DNA of 64,000 nt from a virus. The notes under the pieces were generated by a model. That model made no database searches. It was not told where the DNA came from and saw only the letters and a list, made by a program, of their open reading frames with translations. This document shows, in pieces, positions 56,250 through 64,000 of this stretch; position 1 is the stretch's first letter; each line of letters begins with the position of its first letter. The translations under genes were made by a program, and so were the position numbers. Location of the stretch: positions 1 to 64,000 of IMG/VR virus record IMGVR_UViG_3300039210_000318; one strand, given 5' to 3'.

Positions 56250-56380
56250 CCGAGCCGCCGAAGGTACCACCGACCGGGTAGTACCTTCGGCGCTTTGCGT
56301 CCCAGGCACTTGCGTATACCGTAGCGTACCGGTATCATCCTTGTACCGGGAGCGCCGGTAGCGAGCGAAAGGATACACGC

Positions 56381-56797
56381 ATGAACGGCGAGCGGAACGC
56401 GACCTGGAAGGGCATGAACTGGATACGCCAGGACGCCCGCCTTGCCATCTACCTCCGGGACCGCTTCACCTGCCTGTACTGCGGCAGCGACCTAACGGCG
56501 CACCTGCCGGGGCAGCTGACCCTGGACCACCTCGACTCCTGCGAGGAGCGAGCGGTCCGGGGCGAGAAGCCAGACAACCGACCGGCCAACCTCGTCACCG
56601 CCTGCGCGCGGTGCAACTACAGCCGCGGCGCGAAGCCATGGCGCGACTTCGCGCCGGGGGGAGCAATCGACCGGATTGAGATGACGGTAGCCGAGCCGCT
56701 CAACCGCGCGCTCGCCCGCGCCATCCTGGCCGGGGAGGTCAACCTTGACGCCGAATCCCTCCGGGGCGGCGCGGGCGAAGGTACCACGGCTGGCTAG
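56381..56797 (+). CDS. HNH endonuclease
   Basis: RLAIY.RD.F.C.YCG...LTLDHL...N...NLVTAC.RCN..RG. Confidence 0.85.
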   Translation: MNGERNATWKGMNWIRQDARLAIYLRDRFTCLYCGSDLTAHLPGQLTLDHLDSCEERAVRGEKPDNRPANLVTACARCNYSRGAKPWRDFAPGGAIDRIEMTVAEPLNRALARAILAGEVNLDAESLRGGAGEGTTAG

Positions 56798-56896
56798 TAC
56801 CAACGGCGGCCGGGCGCAAAAGGGCTTGCGTATACCGCAACGTCCCGGTACCATCTGAGTACGGGGATTTACCCGTAGGACGCGAAAGGAACACCA

Positions 56897-57196
56897 ATGA
56901 CCACCACGACCGCCACGATGACCCCCAGCGAGCGCATGGACGCCGCGAACGCCGCGGCCTTCAAGGCGACGGTAGAGACGCTCAACTACCGGCGCGCGGA
57001 GCTGGCGACCAGCATCTACCACCTCGCCATCGCCGCCACGACCATGCATGCGGCCCTGAACCTCGACCACGCGCCTTGCTCGGTCACGGATACGGCGCTG
57101 GCCATCGCCACCGTCGAAGGCATCCGCGACGCCCTACGCGCCGAGGACCGCGCATGCGCCGCCAAGCTCGCCTACCTCGGCCAGCAAGAGGTCTAG
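56897..57196 (+). CDS. Cassette ORF, hypothetical
   Basis: RBS GAAAGGA; hairpin at ~57211. Confidence 0.7.
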   Translation: MTTTTATMTPSERMDAANAAAFKATVETLNYRRAELATSIYHLAIAATTMHAALNLDHAPCSVTDTALAIATVEGIRDALRAEDRACAAKLAYLGQQEV

Positions 57197-57413
57197 CCGC
57201 CAACGCGCAGCCCCCGGTACCGCGCGGTACCGGGGGCTGCCTCGTTTTGGGCGATGCTGCTGCCTGGCCGGCGTACCGCGCGGTACGCCGGCCAGATGGG
57301 CTACCGGTGGGTAGTACCAACGGCGGCCGCGCCATCAGCCGCTTGCGTATACCGTAGCGTACCGGTATGATCCTGGTACGGGGATTTACCCGTAGGAGTC
57401 GAAGGGACGAACG

Positions 57414-57608
57414 ATGAACGCCAGCAAGCTAATGTGGGAAATCCTCGAAGACGAGAGCCTTTCCGGCGCGCACCTCGAAACAATCGCCCGCTGCATCAAC
57501 GAGCGAGCCGCGCGCAAGACGCGAGCCGAGCGCATCGCCGCCTTGGGCGGGCCCGCGAGCAAGCTAAGCCTCCGGCAGCGCCTTGCTTGCTGGTTGATCG
57601 GGGCATAG
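57414..57608 (+). CDS. Cassette ORF, hypothetical
   Basis: RBS GAAGGGA. Confidence 0.6.
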   Translation: MNASKLMWEILEDESLSGAHLETIARCINERAARKTRAERIAALGGPASKLSLRQRLACWLIGA

Positions 57609-57609
57609 G

Positions 57610-57846
57610 ATGCAAGCAAGCAACAGCCTACCGCTGATGACCGGCGCGGCGCTGGCGCGCAAGGCCAAGCGCGTAGCCGCCTACGCCGTAGAGCGAGCGA
57701 CCGAGCAAGTAGCGGCGCGCGAGCGTTGGTACGGCGAGGAGCCGTGCGCCTACCGCGCGGCGGCGTTGGCCGATGCGCGCGGGGAGCTGGAGCGAGCCAG
57801 CGCCGCCGCGGCCGGGTGCGGCGTGCGCCTACCGCGCAGCGCGTAA
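57610..57846 (+). CDS. Hypothetical protein
   Basis: Directly follows the previous ORF. Confidence 0.5.
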   Translation: MQASNSLPLMTGAALARKAKRVAAYAVERATEQVAARERWYGEEPCAYRAAALADARGELERASAAAAGCGVRLPRSA

Positions 57847-58110
57847 CGGCGGTACGCGCCAACGTGACCCCAAAGACCGGCGCCCTTTGGGGTCACGCCC
57901 GTCCCGGTAGGCGCCCCCCGGCATGGCCGGCGCGCCGCCCCGGTACGCCTGGCCGTTGCGCAGCCTGCACGCTATAAAAGGGCGCGCCGGCCAGATGGGC
58001 TACCCGGCCTAGTACCATCGGCTACCGCGCCGGAAAGGGCTTGCGTATACCGTTGCGCGCCGGTATCTTGAAGTACGGGGAGTTACCCGTAGGAGCCGAA
58101 AGGGAAACAA

Positions 58111-58353
58111 ATGAAGCTGACGATCAAGACCCAGGTAGCGAGCCTCCAGACCCGCCGCGACGCGAACGCCGCGCGCTTGGTAGCCATCTCGGAGCTAATC
58201 GCTCGCCTACCGTATATGCAGGAAAACAACTTCAACGCCGGTCCGGCCGGGATCGCGCGCATCGCCACCCTCAACGCCGAAGCCTCTACCCTTACCGCCG
58301 AGAACGCCGGGATCGGCTCCGCGCTACGCGCCATGGCTACCGGCGCACGGTAG
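58111..58353 (+). CDS. Cassette ORF, hypothetical
   Basis: RBS GAAAGGG; hairpin at ~58371. Confidence 0.7.
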   Translation: MKLTIKTQVASLQTRRDANAARLVAISELIARLPYMQENNFNAGPAGIARIATLNAEASTLTAENAGIGSALRAMATGAR

Positions 58354-58756
58354 ACGCGCCTTCCCCCAAGCCCCCCGGTACGCGGTACCGGGGGGCTTTT
58401 CCGTTTCCGGCGCTCGCCTGGCCGGCGCGCCGTAGGGTACACGCCGCCCCGGCGCCGCGCCGGCTACCCGGAACGGCGCGCCACGTCCCCCGGTACGCCG
58501 CGTTCGTTCTCGGCAACGGTAGGAAGTGGCAGGCCGGCGGGGTCTTGGCCGTGTGCGCCAACGTGGCGCGGTTGTGGGGGTTGCGCGCCGGGGCGGCGCG
58601 GTACCGGCGCGCTGGCCGGCGGCCGCGCCGGCCATCTGGGCTATGCCAGGCTGGTACCTCCGGCGCGCCGGCGCACGGGGTTTGCAGGATACCGCTACGT
58701 AGCGGTATCATCCGGCTACGGGGTTTTCCCGTAGGAGCCGAAAGGAAGCTACCGCC

Positions 58757-58954
58757 ATGGACCACTACAACCGCCTATACCAACCGAGCAATCCAGCGCC
58801 GACGCTCCGGCGCACCAGCCTCGTGCAGGAAGCGGCCAACTTCGCCGCTTACGACGCCTACGGCGACGCCTTGCGCCGGTACGGCCGCACCGATCAGCGC
58901 ACGCTCGACGCCCACGCCGATTGGGTGCGCATCGCCACAGGTACTAGCCGCTGA
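58757..58954 (+). CDS. Cassette ORF, hypothetical
   Basis: RBS GAAAGGA. Confidence 0.6.
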   Translation: MDHYNRLYQPSNPAPTLRRTSLVQEAANFAAYDAYGDALRRYGRTDQRTLDAHADWVRIATGTSR

Positions 58955-59067
58955 TGGTACCTCCGGGGGACGGCGCGCCGTGCCGCCCCCTGGCCCTTGC
59001 GTATACCGGTACGTGCCGGTATCATCCTGTTACGGGGATTTACCCGTAGCAGCCGAAAGGAACCCAC

Positions 59068-59652
59068 ATGTACCAGCCCTCCCCCGAAATGCAAGCCAGC
59101 ATCGCCGGCATCCGCGAGCGCAGCGCCTACGGCGACGAGAACCGCGCCGCCGCCGCTAAGGCCCGCGCCGCGGACCGAGCGGCCGACGCGCTGGTCGCCA
59201 GCCGCATGGCGGCGCGCCGCCGCCCTCAGTCGGTCCTGGCCACCGAAGCCGACTGGCAGGCGTTCAGCGCCGCCGTGGACGCCGCCCTCGCCGCCGACAA
59301 GGCGCGCGACCTGCAAGCAAGCCTCGACCGCTTGGTAGCGGACGAATGGAACCCCCAGCAAGGCGCGCGCGTCCTCCGCGTATGCGGGCTGGGCGAAACC
59401 CCCCTGTACGTGGTACACGGCGCGTCCGGCGCGCAGCGCGGCGGCTTCGCTACCCGCGAGGAAGCGACCGAATGGATGCTCGCTCGCTACATCAAGGATC
59501 AAGGCGCGCTGTACGCGGACGATCCCCGCGGCGCGGCCGAGGAGGAGGAGCACCTCGCGGAGATGGTCGAAGGCCGAGCGAGCAACCCCGCGTACCAGAG
59601 CAACGACCTGGAGGAGGAGCTTGCCGACGCGATGCTGGGCGAGCGCCGGTAG
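59068..59652 (+). CDS. Cassette ORF, hypothetical with acidic C-terminus
   Basis: RBS GAAAGGA; hairpin at ~59667. Confidence 0.7.
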   Translation: MYQPSPEMQASIAGIRERSAYGDENRAAAAKARAADRAADALVASRMAARRRPQSVLATEADWQAFSAAVDAALAADKARDLQASLDRLVADEWNPQQGARVLRVCGLGETPLYVVHGASGAQRGGFATREEATEWMLARYIKDQGALYADDPRGAAEEEEHLAEMVEGRASNPAYQSNDLEEELADAMLGERR

Positions 59653-59851
59653 CCGCGCCGCCCCAGCCCCCGGTACCGCGCGTACCGGGGGCTTTCGCGT
59701 CCCCGGCGCTGGCCGGGGCGGCGCGCCGGCCGAAGGTACCAGCGCCGACTAGCCCAGATGGCCGGCGCGCCGACCAGCCCTTGCGTATACTGGTACGTAG
59801 CGGTATCATCCAGGTACGGGGCTTTACCCGTAGGAGCGAAAGGATACACGC

Positions 59852-60112
59852 ATGGCCCTTACCCGCGACACCTACTCCACCTACAAGCGCGCATGGAACC
59901 GCGCCGCCGCCGCGCGCGCCGAGCGGGCGCACCCGACCAATACCCCCGGCTCGCTGCTTCTGCAGGAGGAGTGGAACGCGCGCCAGAAGGTCCGCTCGCT
60001 TGAATACCTGCTCGCCCACCTACCAAGCGACCCGGCGTTCGACACCTTCCGCGCCGACTACCAAGCGGAGCGCGAGACCCTACTCGCCCTGCTCCTCGAA
60101 GTGCTGGCCTAG
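59852..60112 (+). CDS. Cassette ORF, hypothetical
   Basis: RBS GAAAGGA; hairpin at ~60128. Confidence 0.7.
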   Translation: MALTRDTYSTYKRAWNRAAAARAERAHPTNTPGSLLLQEEWNARQKVRSLEYLLAHLPSDPAFDTFRADYQAERETLLALLLEVLA

Positions 60113-60337
60113 CCCCCCGCCGCCACGCCCCCCGGTATGCCCTACCGGGGGGCTTTGCCGTTTCCGGCGCGCCGGGGCGGCGCGTGCCAGGCGCACCCGG
60201 TAGCCGGCCATCTGGGCTACGCCGGCGTGGTACCAACGGCGGTACCACCGGCCAGCGCTCCGTGGCGCTTGCGTATACCGTTGCGTAGCGGTATCATCCG
60301 AGTACGGCGCGTAGCCGCGAAGCGAAAGGGGACCGAC

Positions 60338-60493
60338 ATGACGATGATGATTATGCTGGGGATGGTCGCCGCGGCCATGCTCCTCGCCGCCATGGCCCAC
60401 ACCTGGGTCAGCGAAGCCGCCAGCCGCGACGAGGTACGCCGGGTTGACGCGCGGATCGCCGCGCGCCGCCAGCGCGCCAGCGCGCGGTACTAG
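60338..60493 (+). CDS. Cassette ORF, small membrane protein
   Basis: MTMMIMLGMVAAAMLLAAMA TM segment; RBS GAAAGGG. Confidence 0.55.
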   Translation: MTMMIMLGMVAAAMLLAAMAHTWVSEAASRDEVRRVDARIAARRQRASARY

Positions 60494-60549
60494 CCACCGA
60501 GCGACGCCGCCGGTACCGTACCGGCGCGAGAGGAAAGGAAGCAACCACC

Positions 60550-60927
60550 ATGGCCCGCGAAACCACCAGCCAACTCCTGGAGCAAGCCACCGCCCTCGAA
60601 GCGACCATCTACCGCATCGGGTATGACGCCTACCCCGGCGCGCCGACCGGCATCGCCGCCGACCACCTTGCCTGCGCCGAGCGTGAGGTTGCCGACCTGC
60701 ACGCCCGCATCCGCGCCAACGGCGACGGCATCATCCTGGGCGACGCTCCCTCGCTCGGGCCCAACGGCAACCTGGGCTATGCCCAGATGGTCTCGCTCAT
60801 GACCGGCACGCCTCCCTCCGAGGTACCCCCCTACATCCTGACCGCCGCCGAGCAAGCCAGCCTCGACGCGCAGGAGCAGCAGCTCATTGACGACGAGCAG
60901 GCGCGAAGCGCGCCGCGCCCTTGGTAG
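60550..60927 (+). CDS. Hypothetical protein
   Basis: RBS GGAAAGGAAG. Confidence 0.6.
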   Translation: MARETTSQLLEQATALEATIYRIGYDAYPGAPTGIAADHLACAEREVADLHARIRANGDGIILGDAPSLGPNGNLGYAQMVSLMTGTPPSEVPPYILTAAEQASLDAQEQQLIDDEQARSAPRPW

Positions 60928-60952
60928 CCGGATAGGAAAGGGAGCAACCGCC

Positions 60953-61156
60953 ATGACCGACGCCGACCGCGACCGCTGCCGACTCGAACAAGACCGCTTG
61001 ATCGCTCTCTGCGAGGAGCTTGGCTTCGACCTCTCCTTGCCCTTCTGTAGCCTCCCCGGCGCGCCAACGGTAGCACGCCTGCTCGTCGCCATCTACCCGG
61101 AATGGCTCGGAGCCATCGTGGCTACGGCCAACTCCCTCGCCTACCGCGCCGACTAG
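60953..61156 (+). CDS. Hypothetical protein
   Basis: RBS GGAAAGGGAG. Confidence 0.55.
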   Translation: MTDADRDRCRLEQDRLIALCEELGFDLSLPFCSLPGAPTVARLLVAIYPEWLGAIVATANSLAYRAD

Positions 61157-61358
61157 GAAAGGAAGCGCCGCTCGCTACCCTCGCCCTTGCTCCCTGTGGG
61201 GTCAGGGAGCAAGGGCTATTGGCGGTTTCACCCCTCGCCTGGCCGGCTACCGCGCCGGCCGGAAGCACGCCGGTCCCTCCCTCAGCAAGCGTGACACGCC
61301 CGTTCCAAAACGACCGTCGCCGGTTACAACCTCGCGCCGGGGCGGCGCGCTGTCGCGC

Positions 61359-61530
61359 GACGTTGCCCCACACGCCCCCGCTGCCGGCAGCGCGAGGCAT
61401 CGTTGGCCTGACGCCCCTGCCCAAATGTCGCCCAACCGGCCTGGGGCATCGTGGCGCGTTTCTGGGCGGCTTCCAAAAGCCTGCCAGTATAGGCCAAAGC
61501 GAAATCTAACGCGGCGTGTCGGGCAACGTC
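61359..61530 (+). repeat. ~170 bp dispersed element, copy D
   Basis: GACGTTGCCCCACACGCC ... GGCGTGTCGGGCAACGTC. Confidence 0.75.
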
Positions 61531-62529
61531 GGGGTGCGTTTTTCGCCGGTTTCCGCGCCGGAAACGGCTCCCCGGCGAGGCCGCGCGGCCGACATTCCTA
61601 GCACGCCCTCCGCTCCCTCGCCCGACACTTATGCCATACCCGCCGGCCGGGTGCGCGCTCGCGTGCCTCGCCGCTCGCTCCCCCCCCTTGCTCTCGCAAC
61701 GAAGGACGCTCGCTTGGACTCGGCCTGGACCATGTACCTCGGTAACGCCCTGACCTTGCTCCCGGACCTCGCGCCGGCCAGCATCGGCTGCGTCGTCACC
61801 TCTCCCCCGTATGCCATGCAACGCAAAGACTTCTATGCCAGCATCGAGGAAGCGGACTACCCGGCGTGGACGGTCGCCTGGCTGGACGCCCTACGCCCAG
61901 CCCTTGCTCCCGGAGCAAGCGTCCTCATCAACATCCGCGAGCACATCCGCGACGGCGTCATGGCCGACTACGTGCACCGTACCCGGCTCGCCGTCCGCGA
62001 AGCCGGCTGGTTCGAGCACGAGGAACTCGTCTGGTGCAAGCCCGACGCTCCCCCGCTCGGCCCTAATGCCTTCCCCCGGCGCGCCTGGGAACGGGTGCTC
62101 TGGTTCAGCCAGAGCCGCCGGCCCTACTCCGACCCGAAGGCCAACGGCACGCCGAGCAAGCTCATCGGCATGCGGCCGGCCAACCCCGGTATCGAGCGAG
62201 TAGGCGGTCACTCGGACGGCTACCGCGACGGCATCGCCCGTTGCACGAACGTCATCACCATCCCCGTTGGCGGCAACACCAGCCGCCTGCGCTCTCCCGG
62301 CCATACCGCCGCTTTCCCCCCGGCGCTCGCCGCCTGGCTCATACGCCTGGCATGCCCCCCCGGCGCCACCGTCCTTGACCCCTTCGCCGGCTCCGGCTCG
62401 TCCGGCCTGGCCGCCATGGGCGAAGGACGGTCCTTCGTCGGCATCGAACTGGATGCCCCGACCTTCTGGCAAGCGAGCGAACGCCTGCACGCCTACGTCG
62501 TCGCCAAGGAGACCCCTCTTGCCTCTTGA
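61516..62529 (+). CDS. DNA methyltransferase (beta class, SPPY, likely N4-cytosine)
   Basis: VVTSPPY, H.AAFP..L, VLDPFAGSGS; true start is likely downstream of 61516. Confidence 0.9.
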   Translation: MSGNVGVRFSPVSAPETAPRRGRAADIPSTPSAPSPDTYAIPAGRVRARVPRRSLPPLALATKDARLDSAWTMYLGNALTLLPDLAPASIGCVVTSPPYAMQRKDFYASIEEADYPAWTVAWLDALRPALAPGASVLINIREHIRDGVMADYVHRTRLAVREAGWFEHEELVWCKPDAPPLGPNAFPRRAWERVLWFSQSRRPYSDPKANGTPSKLIGMRPANPGIERVGGHSDGYRDGIARCTNVITIPVGGNTSRLRSPGHTAAFPPALAAWLIRLACPPGATVLDPFAGSGSSGLAAMGEGRSFVGIELDAPTFWQASERLHAYVVAKETPLAS

Positions 62530-64000
62530 CCCCAACCTCGCCGTCCTCGTCCCCATCGAGCGGCTCCACGCCCACCCGGAAAACCCCCGGCGCATCGATC
62601 AGGGTAAGCTCCAAGCGTTGCAACACGCGCTGGCAAGCGACCCGACCATGCTTTGGCAGCGACCGCTCGGCGCCCGCTACGACGGCACCGTCTACATGGG
62701 CAACATGCGGCTGCAAGCAGCCGCCGCCCTCGGTTGGACCGAGCTACCGGTGGTTTACGAAGACCTGGACCCCATCGAGGAGATGCAGCGCATGGTGCGC
62801 GACAATCGCGAGTACGGCGAGGACGACGACGACAAGCTGGCAACGCTGCTTGCTACCCTCGACGCCGCCGACGCCGACCTCTCGCTCACCGGTTTGGACG
62901 AGCAGCGCGTGGCTGACTTGCTCGCTTCCGTAGCCGGCGAAGGCCAGGGCGGCGCAGCCGGCGACCCCGCCGATGCCTTCCTTTCCCTCTCCGACCGCTT
63001 CGGCATCGTGCCCTTCTCCGTGCTCGACGCCCGCCAGGGGCCATGGCTGCAGCGCAAGCGAGCCTGGCTCGGCATCGGCCTAGTCTCCGAGATCGGCCGC
63101 GGCAATGACAACGACAAGACGGCCAAGGGCCTGACCTACTCCGTTAGCTCGCAGCCCATTAGCGCCTACAAGGAGAAGGAAGCGTACCAAGCGAAGCTCG
63201 GCCGCGAAGTCTCCTGGCCGGAATTCCTGACCGCTCACCCCGGCGCCGCCAAGCAAAGCGGTACCTCCATCTTCGATCCCGTCGTCTGCGAACTCGCCTA
63301 CCGGTGGTTTTCCGCGCCGGGGGCCATCGTCCTTGACCCCTTCGCCGGTGGCTCGGTACGCGGCGTCGTGGCCGCCTTGCTCGGCCGCCAGTACGTCGGC
63401 ATCGACCTCAGCGAGCGTCAGGTGCAAGCGAACCGCGACCAATGGGACGCTATCCTCGCCCGGCTACCGCAGGACGCCACGCCGGCCAGCGCCGTCCCGG
63501 CGCTGGCCGCGCCTCCCCCGGTAGGCGTCGCCCCCGACGCCCTCACCCCCGTTGAGGAGCATCGCCTACCGAACGGCGGCGCCGTCTGGCTGAAGCGCGA
63601 CGATACCTGCACCATCGCCGGGGTGACCGGAGGTAAGGTCCGTTCCTGCTGGGCATTGGCTCAGGGAGCAACCGGCCTCACCACCGCCGGCAGCAAGGAA
63701 TCCCTGCAAGTCAACATCGTCGCCCACATCGCCAAGGAGCTCGGTATCCCGTGCCGGGTGCATGTCCCCTCCGGCACCCTCACGCCGGAACTACGGAGCG
63801 CTCAAGCAGCCGGCGCCGAGATCGTCCAGCACGTCCCCGGCCATAATGTCGTCATCAGCGCCCGCGCGCGGGAAGACGCCGCGGCGCGCGGCTGGCGCGA
63901 GATCCCGTTCGGCATGGAGCACGAGGTCGCCGTCGAGCAGACGAGCAGCCAGATAGTCAACCTCCCCGGCAACGCTACCCGCCTCGTCGTACCCGTTGGC
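62519..64000 (+). CDS. ParB-like + DNA methyltransferase + PLP-dependent (TrpB/cysteine synthase fold) fusion, truncated by the window end
   Basis: Hand-translated from TTG at 62519 (RBS AAGGAG): HPENPRRI...GNMRL.AA; TSIFDPV.CE..YRWF...VLDPFAGGSVRG; LTPVE....VWLKRDD.....GGKVR. Confidence 0.8.
   Translation, partial: MPLDPNLAVLVPIERLHAHPENPRRIDQGKLQALQHALASDPTMLWQRPLGARYDGTVYMGNMRLQAAAALGWTELPVVYEDLDPIEEMQRMVRDNREYGEDDDDKLATLLATLDAADADLSLTGLDEQRVADLLASVAGEGQGGAAGDPADAFLSLSDRFGIVPFSVLDARQGPWLQRKRAWLGIGLVSEIGRGNDNDKTAKGLTYSVSSQPISAYKEKEAYQAKLGREVSWPEFLTAHPGAAKQSGTSIFDPVVCELAYRWFSAPGAIVLDPFAGGSVRGVVAALLGRQYVGIDLSERQVQANRDQWDAILARLPQDATPASAVPALAAPPPVGVAPDALTPVEEHRLPNGGAVWLKRDDTCTIAGVTGGKVRSCWALAQGATGLTTAGSKESLQVNIVAHIAKELGIPCRVHVPSGTLTPELRSAQAAGAEIVQHVPGHNVVISARAREDAAARGWREIPFGMEHEVAVEQTSSQIVNLPGNATRLVVPVG

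Larger units (their letters stand above)
51720..61156 (+). repeat. Array of ~15 repeated expression cassettes (promoter/operator - hairpin - RBS - short ORF - GGTAC hairpin)
   Basis: Recurring GCCAGATGGGCTAC, TTGCGT-N17-TATC(A/T)T, TACGGGGATTTACCCGTA, GAAAGG and CCCCGGTAC..GTACCGGGG. Confidence 0.9.

Noticed and set aside
51720-61156. Classical integron with attC sites
   Set aside because: Each cassette has its own promoter, the hairpins lack clear RYYYAAC/GTTRRRY ends, and the recombinase shows no evident IntI-specific insertion.
1-64000. tRNA or rRNA genes
   Set aside because: None were recognised by eye. A tRNAscan/Infernal run would be needed to exclude them.

Overview
High-GC segment of a tailed (siphovirus-type) phage or prophage. 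The SSB and LuxR-type regulator look Chloroflexota-like, which is an inference. Layout: head-completion, tail and lysis genes (1-18.2 kb, +); a leftward early block with five tandem CxC paralogs, a UDG-like protein, ArdC-like, Rad52/Sak and SSB genes (18.2-26.4 kb, -); a replication initiator with internal iterons plus a DnaC-like loader (27-28.8 kb); methylases, accessory and DNA-modification genes and a tyrosine recombinase preceded by a dif-like site (31-50.7 kb); an array of about 15 promoter-ORF-hairpin cassettes (51.7-61.2 kb); and a methylase plus a ParB-methylase-PLP fusion running off the right end. The standout is a stand-alone Cas7/RAMP-like gene (28880-29584) with no other cas genes. 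It is followed directly by a ~1.5 kb non-CRISPR array of ~43 units built as GCGAC + n x (NNNCC) + NNN, with unit lengths stepping by 5 nt (28/33/38/43). This is a candidate phage-encoded RNA-guided system with a gapped guide code. All family calls are from motif recognition by eye, not database searches.
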